Shown here in pieces: positions 7,379 through 14,809 of a stretch of 32,000 bases of DNA. This DNA comes from Thermoplasmata archaeon (lineage in GTDB: Archaea; Thermoplasmatota; Thermoplasmata; Methanomassiliicoccales; Methanomethylophilaceae), in NCBI GenBank assembly GCA_015063225.1, contig SUSU01000001.1:58446-90445 (forward strand), read 5' to 3'. The notes beneath the pieces are model-generated. The model was not told the origin of the DNA and ran no database searches. It saw nothing but the letters and a program-made list of their open reading frames with translations. A program made the translations under genes and the position numbers. The first letter of the stretch is position 1, and each line of letters begins with the position of its first letter.

Positions 7379-9043
7379 ATGGTCTGCGTACCTAGGAAGA
7401 ACGTCACCAGCGACGAGAGGCTGGGGGATCTCCTGGACAAATGCATCAGGAACCATCCCGACAACGACGCCATCGTCTACGTCGACAGGGACTACCGTCT
7501 CTCCTGGAAACAGTGGGGCGAGGAGGTCGACCGCGTCGCCAAGGGCCTGATGGCCATGGGCGTGCAGAAGGGGGAGAAGGTCGCCGTCTGGGCGACGAAC
7601 GTCCCCGACTGGATCACCCTGATGTTCGCCACCGCGAAGATCGGCGCCATCCTCCTCACCATCAACACCAATTATCAGGCCGACGAGCTGGATTACGTGC
7701 TCAGGCAGTCCGACATGGAGAACCTGTTCCTCATCGACGGCGTCAGGGACACCGACTACGTCCAGGTGGTCTACGACCTCGTCCCCGAGCTCAGGACCAT
7801 GCCCAGGGAGAGCTTCCACAGCGAGAAGTACCCCCACCTCAAGAGGGTGGTCTTCCTCGGTCCCGTCAAGCACCGCGGCATGTACTCCATGAACGAGGTG
7901 AAGTCCCTGTCCGTCACCGTCGACGACGACGAGTACAAGGCGAGGCAGGACACCGTCGACGTCCACGACGTCACCATGATGCAGTACACCTCCGGGACCA
8001 CCGGTTTCCCCAAGGGCGTCATGCTGACCCACTTCAATATCGCTAACGACGGTTACTGGCTCGGTGCCAACATGAACTACGGTCCCACCGACCGTCTGTG
8101 CCTCAACGTCCCCCTGTTCCACTGCTTCGGCTGCGTGCTGGGGGTCATGGCGTGCATCAACCACGGTGTGACCATGTGCTTCTGCGAGGTCTTCGACCCC
8201 ATCAAGGTCATGACCACCATCGAGGAGGAGAAGTGCACCTCCGTGTACGGCGTCCCCACGATGTTCATCAACATCCTCAACCACAAGCTGTTCCACAAGT
8301 TCGACTTCTCGTCCCTCCGCACGGGTATCATGGCCGGGTCCCCCTGTCCCATATCCGCCATGGAGGAGGTCGTCGACAAGATGAACATGAAGGAGATCAC
8401 CATCGTCTACGGTCTGACCGAGGCCTCCCCCGGAATGACCCAGACCCGTTACGATGAACCCTCCCTGGAGAAGAAGTGCTCCTCCGTCGGTAAGAAACTG
8501 CCCGGCGTGGACACCGTCATCCTGGACCCCGAGACCTACGAGCCCTGCCCCGACGGGGTCATCGGCGAGTTCTGCTGCAAGGGTTTCAACGTCATGAAGG
8601 GCTACTACAAGATGCCCGAGGAGACCGCCAAGGTCATCGACTCCAACGGCTACCTCCACTCCGGGGACCTGGGATACAGGGATCCGGATGGTTACTTCTA
8701 CGTCACCGGAAGGATCAAGGACATGATCATCCGCGGAGGGGAGAACATCTACCCCAAGGAGGTCGAGGACTTCCTGTACAAGTGCCCCGGCGTCAAGGAC
8801 GTCCAGGTGGTGGGAGTGCCCAGCAAGAAGTACGGCGAGCAGCCCGGCGCGTTCATCGTCAAGTTCCCCGGATACGAGGACATGACCGAGCAGGACGTCA
8901 TGGACTTCTGCCGCAACAAGATTGCTTGGTACAAGACCCCCAAGTACGTGGCGTTCGTGGACGATTTCCCCATGAACGCCGCCGGGAAGATCCTAAAATA
9001 CAAATTACGCGAGATGGCCCACGAGCTGTGGCCGGACGCATGA
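7379..9043 (+). CDS. AMP-forming acyl-CoA synthetase (FadD-like adenylate-forming ligase)
   Basis: 554 aa with the AMP-binding signature MMQYTSGTTGFPKGVMLTH, plus GLTEASPG and HSGDLGYRDPDGYFYVTGRIKDMIIRGGENIYP. It starts 9 nt after the regulator stop. Confidence 0.9.
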   Translation: MVCVPRKNVTSDERLGDLLDKCIRNHPDNDAIVYVDRDYRLSWKQWGEEVDRVAKGLMAMGVQKGEKVAVWATNVPDWITLMFATAKIGAILLTINTNYQADELDYVLRQSDMENLFLIDGVRDTDYVQVVYDLVPELRTMPRESFHSEKYPHLKRVVFLGPVKHRGMYSMNEVKSLSVTVDDDEYKARQDTVDVHDVTMMQYTSGTTGFPKGVMLTHFNIANDGYWLGANMNYGPTDRLCLNVPLFHCFGCVLGVMACINHGVTMCFCEVFDPIKVMTTIEEEKCTSVYGVPTMFINILNHKLFHKFDFSSLRTGIMAGSPCPISAMEEVVDKMNMKEITIVYGLTEASPGMTQTRYDEPSLEKKCSSVGKKLPGVDTVILDPETYEPCPDGVIGEFCCKGFNVMKGYYKMPEETAKVIDSNGYLHSGDLGYRDPDGYFYVTGRIKDMIIRGGENIYPKEVEDFLYKCPGVKDVQVVGVPSKKYGEQPGAFIVKFPGYEDMTEQDVMDFCRNKIAWYKTPKYVAFVDDFPMNAAGKILKYKLREMAHELWPDA

Positions 9044-9052
9044 GGTGTTCAT

Positions 9053-9628
9053 ATGGAACCTATAATCGCTGAAGTTGCAGAGCGCGTCAGAGCGATGCGC
9101 GAGATGTGTGACATCTCCGTCGAGGAGATGGCAGAGGTCGTCGGGAAGACCCCCGAGGAGTACCGTGTCTACGAGTCCGGACAGATGGACTTCTCCTTCA
9201 CGTTCCTGTACAAGATCGCCAAGCGCTGCGGCATCGACATGGTCGAGCTGCTCACCGGCGAGAAGCCCCACCTGGCCGAGTGCACCTACGTCAAGGCCGG
9301 CCACGGTCTCCCCATCAAGAGGCGCAGGGGGTTCGAGTACCAGCACCTCGGGTACACCATGAAGAACAGGCTGTCCGAGACCTTCCTGGTCATAGCCCCC
9401 TACATAGAGGGGGACAACGACGAGAACGTCCACATGTCCACCCACGCCGGCAACGAGTTCGACTACGTCCTCGAGGGCACCATGAGGTTCGTCCTCGACG
9501 GCAACTACTACGACCTCGAGCCGGGAGACTCCGTCTACTACAACAGCGGCCTCCCCCACGGCATCTACGCCACCTCCAAGGAGGGCTGCAAGTTCATAGC
9601 GTCGGTGATGAAGGAGAGGGCCCAATGA
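9053..9628 (+). CDS. XRE-family HTH transcriptional regulator with C-terminal cupin domain (second copy, diverged)
   Basis: AERVRAMREMCDISVEEMAEVVGKTPEEYRVYESG is the HTH. HAGNEFDYVLEGTMRFVLDGNYYDLEPGDSVYYNSGLPH is the cupin. It starts 9 nt after the ligase-1 stop. Confidence 0.85.
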   Translation: MEPIIAEVAERVRAMREMCDISVEEMAEVVGKTPEEYRVYESGQMDFSFTFLYKIAKRCGIDMVELLTGEKPHLAECTYVKAGHGLPIKRRRGFEYQHLGYTMKNRLSETFLVIAPYIEGDNDENVHMSTHAGNEFDYVLEGTMRFVLDGNYYDLEPGDSVYYNSGLPHGIYATSKEGCKFIASVMKERAQ

Positions 9629-11283
9629 TCGGGATCAACGAACGTTTCATCATCGAGGATTACGGAGAGGACGGCATTCTGAGGAAACTCACCTACAAGG
9701 TCCCCGACAACTTCAACTTCGGGTACGACGTCATCGACGAGATCGCCAGGAACGAGCCGGACAGGCGCGCCCTCATATGGTGCAACCCCGCCGGCGAAGA
9801 GAGGAGGTTCACCTTCGGCGACATCAGCAGGCTGTCCGACAAGGCCGCCAACTACTTCCTGTCCGTGGGTATCAAGAAGGGCGACATGGTCCTGACCATC
9901 CTCAAGCGCCACTACCAGTTCTGGTACGTGTCCGTCGCCCTCCACAAGATCGGCGCCATCATGGTCCCCGCCACCTTCATGCTCACCAAGCACGACGTGG
10001 AGTACCGCGTACGTTCCGCGTCGATCAAAGCGGTCATCTGCACCGACATGAACGGCGTCTGTGATGCCGTGGACTCCTCCGAGGACATCCCCTCCCTGGA
10101 GATCAAGATGGTCGTCAACTCCGAGAGGGAGGGATGGCTGCAGTTCGACAAGGGCATGGAGCAGGCCTCCGACAAGCTGGAGAGGATCCCCAACAAGTCC
10201 ACCGACCCCATGCTGATGTACTTCTCTTCCGGGACCTCCGGGTACCCCAAGATGGTCCTCCACAACTACCAGTACGCCCTCGGCCACCTGTCCACCGCCA
10301 AATACTGGCAGAACGTGGACCCCGACGGCGTCCATCTCACCATCGCCGACACCGGCTGGGGCAAGGCCGCCTGGGGAAAGCTGTACGGCCAGTGGACCAT
10401 GGAGACCACCGTCCTCGTCTACGACTACGACAAGTTCGAGCCCCACGAGATCCTGGACCTGGTGGCGAAGTACAACATCACCTCCCTGTGCTGCCCCCCG
10501 ACCATGTTCAGGATGTTCATCAATGCCGGGCTGGAAGGGCACGACCTCACCTCTCTCAAGTACTGCTGCATCGCCGGCGAGGCCCTGAACCCCGACGTCT
10601 TCATCAACTGGAAGAACGCCACCGGCATCAGCCTCATGGAAGGTTTCGGACAGACCGAGACCACCGCCGTGGTCTGCAACATCCGCGGCATGATCCCCAA
10701 GCCCAGTTCCATGGGCAAGCCCAACCCCCAGTACACCGTGAAGATCGTCGACGCCGACGGGAACGAGTGCCCCAACGGTGAGTCGGGCGAGATCGTGGTG
10801 GCCTGTGAGCCCAGGCCCCCGGGCCTCCTGATGGAGTACTACCGCGACCCCGAGAAGAACGCCAAGGCCTTCACCAACGGCTGGTACCACACCGGCGACG
10901 TGGCCTGGAGGGACGAGGACGGGTACTACTGGTACGTCGGACGCAACGACGATGTCATCAAGTCCTCCGGATACAGGATCAGCCCCTTCGAGATCGAGTC
11001 CGTGCTGGTCACTCACCCCGCCGTCCTCGAGTGCGCCGTCACCGGCATCCCCGACCCCGTGAGGGGACAGCTGGTCAAGGCCACCGTGGTCCTAAGGGAG
11101 GGTTACACCCCGTCCGAGGACCTCAAGAAGGAACTCCAGAACTTCGTCAAGCACGAGACGGCCCCCTACAAGTACCCCAGGGCCATGGAGTTCGTGAACG
11201 AGCTTCCCAAGTCCTCCTCCGGCAAGATTAAGAGGGTCGACATCCGCAACAGGGACCTGGAGAAACTCAAGAATTCCCAGTGA
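9625..11283 (+). CDS. AMP-forming acyl-CoA synthetase (medium-chain / ACSM-type)
   Basis: Track ORF 9280..11283 trimmed to ATG 9625, which forms an ATGA overlap with the regulator stop; AAGGAGAGGG lies upstream. MIGINERFIIEDYGEDG...FNFGYDVIDEIA..., signature MLMYFSSGTSGYPKMV, then GFGQTETT, YHTGDVAWRDEDGYYWYVGRNDDVIKSSGYRISPFEIES, and SSSGKIKR at the end. Confidence 0.9.
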   Translation: MIGINERFIIEDYGEDGILRKLTYKVPDNFNFGYDVIDEIARNEPDRRALIWCNPAGEERRFTFGDISRLSDKAANYFLSVGIKKGDMVLTILKRHYQFWYVSVALHKIGAIMVPATFMLTKHDVEYRVRSASIKAVICTDMNGVCDAVDSSEDIPSLEIKMVVNSEREGWLQFDKGMEQASDKLERIPNKSTDPMLMYFSSGTSGYPKMVLHNYQYALGHLSTAKYWQNVDPDGVHLTIADTGWGKAAWGKLYGQWTMETTVLVYDYDKFEPHEILDLVAKYNITSLCCPPTMFRMFINAGLEGHDLTSLKYCCIAGEALNPDVFINWKNATGISLMEGFGQTETTAVVCNIRGMIPKPSSMGKPNPQYTVKIVDADGNECPNGESGEIVVACEPRPPGLLMEYYRDPEKNAKAFTNGWYHTGDVAWRDEDGYYWYVGRNDDVIKSSGYRISPFEIESVLVTHPAVLECAVTGIPDPVRGQLVKATVVLREGYTPSEDLKKELQNFVKHETAPYKYPRAMEFVNELPKSSSGKIKRVDIRNRDLEKLKNSQ

Positions 11284-11292
11284 TTCCGGGGC

Positions 11293-12630
11293 TCACAGGC
11301 CCTGGGATTCCAGGATGTCCTTCGCCCGGTCGTCGCCCTGAGCGGCGGCCATGCCGAGATACCTTGCGGCACCGGACCTGTCGCCCCTCTCCAGCATCAT
11401 CTTCCCGGCGAAGTACTGAGCCTCGGAGTGGCCCAGGTCCGCGGCCTCCTTCAAAAGAGCCAGGGCCTCCTCCGGTGACGAATCCGGATTGGCACCCTGA
11501 GCCAGGAGATAGCCGAGGGACATGAGGGCGTCGGAACGGGCGTCCGCGTCCTGCTCGCATTCCAGGGATCTCCGGTACCATCCGATGGCGGCCTGAACGT
11601 CGCCGCCTTTCGGGGCGTCCTCGGCGATGCATCCGAGGGAGAACGCGCAGGGTCCGTTGCCCTTCTCCGCTCCCCAGGAATACCATTTCTTAGCGAGGAA
11701 CATGGACCGCTCGGTACCTATCCCGAGTTCGTATGCCTGTCCGAGGACGTACATCGCATCCGTGTTGCCCGCTTTCGCGGAGGATTCCAGAAGATAGAAG
11801 GCGGTCGCGGGGGCTATCGGGGCCCTGCATCCGAAAAGGAACATGAGGCCGTAGTTCAGCTGCATCTTCGGGTTGCTGTCCGTCTCCGGGCGGGCCACGA
11901 AGACGTCCATGTCGACATCCTCGCCGTTTATCTCGGCGAGGGCTATGGGGTCCCCCCAGCGGGCGGCCTCCAGGAAAAGATGGTGTGCGGCCTCCTGCTT
12001 CGCTTCGATCCCGATCCCGTACTTCATCATCTCGGCCAGGAAAACCTTGGCCGGGAGATTGCCCGCTTTCGCGGCGTTGCGGAACAGGTTGGCGGCGGTG
12101 GAGCAGTTGCGGACCACGCCCTTCCCGGTCTCGTACATACGGGCGAGGTTGGCGACGGAAGGGGGGTATTTCGCCATGTTCCCCTTCTGGAAGAAAGTGA
12201 CGGCGGCATGGTCGGAGAATTCCTTACTGGCTCTGTCGAGGTAGATGAGTCCGAGGTTGTTCATGGCGCGGTGGGATCCGGCGTGTGCCGCCGTCTCTAG
12301 GTTCTCGATGGCGAGGGGGCGGGAGCGTTTGGTTCCCAGCCCCGCCTCGTACAGGAATCCGAGGGCGGCCCTGCCGTTCTTGTCCTCTTTCAGCGCGGAA
12401 CGGTCGTACCATTTGTACGCCTCTTTGTAGGACTGGTTGGTGCCGTGTCCCGCTTCGTACATCGCCCCCAGAAGATACATGGCGTGGGGATCCCCCTTCG
12501 CCGCGGCCTTCTTGTAACAGTAGAACGCCTCCTCGAAGGATTGTTTGCCGTCGGAACCCAGGCGCAGCTTGTCACCCTCGCGGATAAGTGCCTCCACTGA
12601 ACGCGGTTTTGGGTTCCGGCCGAATGCCAT
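11293..12630 (-). CDS. Sel1-like repeat (SLR/TPR-family) protein, about ten repeats
   Basis: The unit A..(W/Y/F)..AA..G...A...LG..Y..G.G recurs, for example KKAAAKGDPHAMYLLGAMYEAGHG and ESSAKAGNTDAMYVLGQAYELGIG. The track start is 12681. I prefer ATG 12630 because ttataaa on the minus strand (12650-12656) lies about 26 nt upstream and the 17 extra codons are GC3-poor. No obvious signal peptide. Confidence 0.85.
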   Translation of the reverse strand: MAFGRNPKPRSVEALIREGDKLRLGSDGKQSFEEAFYCYKKAAAKGDPHAMYLLGAMYEAGHGTNQSYKEAYKWYDRSALKEDKNGRAALGFLYEAGLGTKRSRPLAIENLETAAHAGSHRAMNNLGLIYLDRASKEFSDHAAVTFFQKGNMAKYPPSVANLARMYETGKGVVRNCSTAANLFRNAAKAGNLPAKVFLAEMMKYGIGIEAKQEAAHHLFLEAARWGDPIALAEINGEDVDMDVFVARPETDSNPKMQLNYGLMFLFGCRAPIAPATAFYLLESSAKAGNTDAMYVLGQAYELGIGTERSMFLAKKWYSWGAEKGNGPCAFSLGCIAEDAPKGGDVQAAIGWYRRSLECEQDADARSDALMSLGYLLAQGANPDSSPEEALALLKEAADLGHSEAQYFAGKMMLERGDRSGAARYLGMAAAQGDDRAKDILESQGL

Positions 12631-12656
12631 GGTTGGTGAATATCCATCGTTTATAA

Positions 12657-12833
12657 GGGGATGCCGTTCAATCCAATCCATCCGGGGACGACAAGTACCT
12701 CCGCATCTACGGCGATGACGGTTTCTTCGTCAGGCTCCTCATCAGGGAGTTCGACAAGAAGGATACCGAATCCGATGATGTCGACGACTACGGTCCCATC
12801 AAGTACTTCGAGGACAAGGCCATCACCGGCTGA
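12657..12833 (+). pseudogene. orphan coding-like frame without ATG/GTG/TTG start (gene remnant or frameshifted small ORF)
   Basis: My translation of the frame from 12657 to TGA 12831-12833 reads GDAVQSNPSGDDKYLRIYGDDGFFVRLLIREFDKKDTESDDVDDYGPIKYFEDKAITG*. Third codon positions are almost all C/G, as in neighbouring genes. The in-phase antisense track ORF 12651..12842 has typical shadow composition. The ATG at 12661 is one base out of frame, across a GGGG run at 12684-12687. Confidence 0.3.
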
Positions 12834-12910
12834 TCCCGGCATGGCATGCTATCCCCCGGCATATGCACCGTTGACACGGTTTCTTATACTGATTCGGGGA
12901 TAGCATCGCC

Positions 12911-13285
12911 ATGGGTCTCTTCTCGAGGGATGACGAATACAAGGTCGTGGTGCTGGTCCGCCAGGATGTCAAGATGTCCAAGGGCAAGACCGCCGCGCAG
13001 GCCTGTCACGCCGCCGTTTCCTGTGCCCTGCAAGCATACCGGAAGCACCCCTCGGAGTTCTCCGAATGGGACTCGTGGGGGCAGAAGGTCGTTTGCCTGA
13101 AGGTCCCCAACAAGGAGGAGCTCTTCCAGTACAAGGCCATCGCCGATGCCCAGGGGATCATATCGTCCGTCATTACGGACGCGGGCCGCACTGAGATAGA
13201 GCCAGGTACGATAACCTGCATGGGTCTCGGACCGGAGAAGCAGTCGGTCCTCGACAGGATCACCGGCGAACTCGGGATGCTCTGA
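12911..13285 (+). CDS. pth2: peptidyl-tRNA hydrolase, archaeal/eukaryotic Pth2 type
   Basis: 124 aa: KVVVLVRQDVKMSKGKTAAQACHAAV...KVVCLKVPNKEELFQYKAIADAQGIISSVITDAGRTEIEPGTITCMGLGP. This is the canonical Pth2 pattern. Confidence 0.9.
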   Translation: MGLFSRDDEYKVVVLVRQDVKMSKGKTAAQACHAAVSCALQAYRKHPSEFSEWDSWGQKVVCLKVPNKEELFQYKAIADAQGIISSVITDAGRTEIEPGTITCMGLGPEKQSVLDRITGELGML

Positions 13286-13287
13286 CG

Positions 13288-13932
13288 TCACTCGTAGCGG
13301 TGGATGCGGTTCCAGTTCAGGACCATCGTTTTGAGTTCCTTCGCCGCGGCCTTCTTGTCGGGCTGGGCCATGATGGCGGATACTACGGCGATGCAGTCGG
13401 CACCGGCCTGGAGGACGTGTTCGAGGTTACCGCGGTTGATGCCTCCGATGGCCACTACGGGCACCTCGTCGCCGACCTCCTTTCTGACATCCATGACGGC
13501 ATCGAGTCCGACGCCCTGAACCGCATCCTTCTTGGTGGATGTGGCGAAGACAGCCCCGACGGCCACGTAGTCCGCGCCGTCGTCGACGGCCTTGCGGGCC
13601 TGGGCGGCGTTGCTCACGGATGCGCCGATGATCATCTCCTCGCCGCACAGCCTCCTGGCCTCGGCGACGGGGATGTCCCTCTGGCCGAGGTGGACTCCGT
13701 CGGCGCCGGAGAGGACGGCGATGTCCACCCTGTCGTTGACGATGAAGAACTTGCTCATCTCGAAGGCGATCTCCTGGATCTCCTTGGCGATGCGGAGCAT
13801 CTCGGATGCGTCCCCGTTCTTGAGCCTGAGCTGGACGACGTCGGCGCCTCCATCGTAGCAGAGCCTCGCGGCCTCCGCCTCGCTCATACCACCGAGCATA
13901 TCCCTGTCAGTTACGGCATAGAGTTCGAACAT
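13288..13932 (-). CDS. thiE: thiamine-phosphate synthase (ThiE type)
   Basis: LYAVTDRDM...GADVVQLRLKN...FIVNDRVDIAVLSGADGVHLGQRD...IGASV...GADYVAVGAVFATSTK...VVAIGGI. Confidence 0.9.
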   Translation of the reverse strand: MFELYAVTDRDMLGGMSEAEAARLCYDGGADVVQLRLKNGDASEMLRIAKEIQEIAFEMSKFFIVNDRVDIAVLSGADGVHLGQRDIPVAEARRLCGEEMIIGASVSNAAQARKAVDDGADYVAVGAVFATSTKKDAVQGVGLDAVMDVRKEVGDEVPVVAIGGINRGNLEHVLQAGADCIAVVSAIMAQPDKKAAAKELKTMVLNWNRIHRYE

Positions 13933-14732
13933 TGGAAATCATCCTTCGACAGTCCGTATATGGCGTCCATGAGATTTAAGCGGAACGTGCCAGGGCCGGC
14001 CGATACCGCGGCGGCCTTCTCGGCGGCTATGTTGAACACCGTGACGGCGGCGGCCGCGGATGCCGCGGAGACCCCGCAGGCCCCGGCGTAGCAGCCGGTC
14101 ACCGAGGATACCATGCACCCGGTCCCGGAGACGTTCTCCTCCATGGGGGTGCCGCGGTCCAGGGCGATGACTTCCTTCCCGTCGGAGACGTAGTCCGTCG
14201 GCCCGGTGCAGGAGACGACGCATCCCAGCGAACGGGCGAGGCCGAGGGTCGATGCACAGGCGTCGGATGCCCCTGCGGAGTCCACTCCGCGGACCTCTCC
14301 CCCGAGTCCGGAGAGGAACCCGATCTCCCCCGCATTCCCCTTGATGATGCAGGTCCCCGGCGATTTGGAGACGCATCCGTCGATGATCCTGCGGGTGATA
14401 TCCGTCCTCAGCCCGGATGCCCCGCATCCTGCAGGGTCCAGAACGAGGGGTTTCCTCAGGTCGGAGGCGGTCTCGGCGGCCGCAAAGAGGGCATACCCGA
14501 TAACGGACCTGTCGGGCGTGCCTATGTTCACGACGACGGCATCCGCGATCCTCACGAGGTCGGAGGCATCGGAGGGTTCCGTCGACATGCAGGGGGAACC
14601 CCCGGCGGCGATGCAGATGTTGGCGCAGTCGTTCACGGTGACTATGTTGGTGACGTGCACGACGAGGGGTCTCTTCGAGCGGACGGTGTCCATCATCCTG
14701 GGAATGTCGGAATGCATTTTTATCCAGTCCAT
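13911..14732 (-). CDS. thiM: hydroxyethylthiazole kinase
   Basis: RPLVVHVTNIVTVNDCANICIAAGGSPCMS...AVVVNIGT...PLVLDPAGCGAS...IIKGNAGEI...VVSCTGPTDYVSDG...GTGCMVSSVTG. It overlaps the thiE start by 22 nt. Confidence 0.9.
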   Translation of the reverse strand: MDWIKMHSDIPRMMDTVRSKRPLVVHVTNIVTVNDCANICIAAGGSPCMSTEPSDASDLVRIADAVVVNIGTPDRSVIGYALFAAAETASDLRKPLVLDPAGCGASGLRTDITRRIIDGCVSKSPGTCIIKGNAGEIGFLSGLGGEVRGVDSAGASDACASTLGLARSLGCVVSCTGPTDYVSDGKEVIALDRGTPMEENVSGTGCMVSSVTGCYAGACGVSAASAAAAVTVFNIAAEKAAAVSAGPGTFRLNLMDAIYGLSKDDFQCSNSMP

Positions 14733-14809
14733 CCTGCAAAAGCGGGTTGCTGCCCTTTAACACGCGCGTCAATCTATAAATAAAAAAGGCTGGATTGAGG
14801 GTCGATCCC
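14733..14809. promoter_or_regulatory. bidirectional AT-rich promoter (thiM-thiE on minus, FKBP-like gene on plus)
   Basis: aatctataaataaaaaagg (about 14771-14789) is usable as a TATA box on either strand. The plus-strand ATG at 14810 lies about 25-30 nt downstream. Confidence 0.45.

Noticed and set aside
6944-8659. 571-aa minus-strand ORF opposite acyl-CoA synthetase 1 (likewise 9565..11016 opposite ligase 2, 16008..17357 opposite thiDN, 19341..20555 opposite argG, 613..1668 opposite tgtA, and 13300..14091 opposite thiE/thiM)
   Set aside because: These are shadow ORFs. They have low-complexity G/D/V/E/H-rich sequences and no recognisable motifs, whereas the opposite strand encodes proteins with canonical signatures.
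12651-12903. Track ORFs 12651..12842(-) and 12661..12903(+) as genes
   Set aside because: The minus ORF is the in-phase complement of the better, codon-biased plus frame described in the findings. The plus ORF is S/T/P-rich out-of-frame sequence that runs through the pth2 promoter.
14733-14809. TPP riboswitch upstream of thiM-thiE or thiDN
   Set aside because: The leaders are only a few tens of nt (thiM) or essentially absent (thiDN). No CUGAGA...ACCUGAUCUGGAUAAUGCCAGCG-like core is present in either spacer or in the 15762-15987 element.
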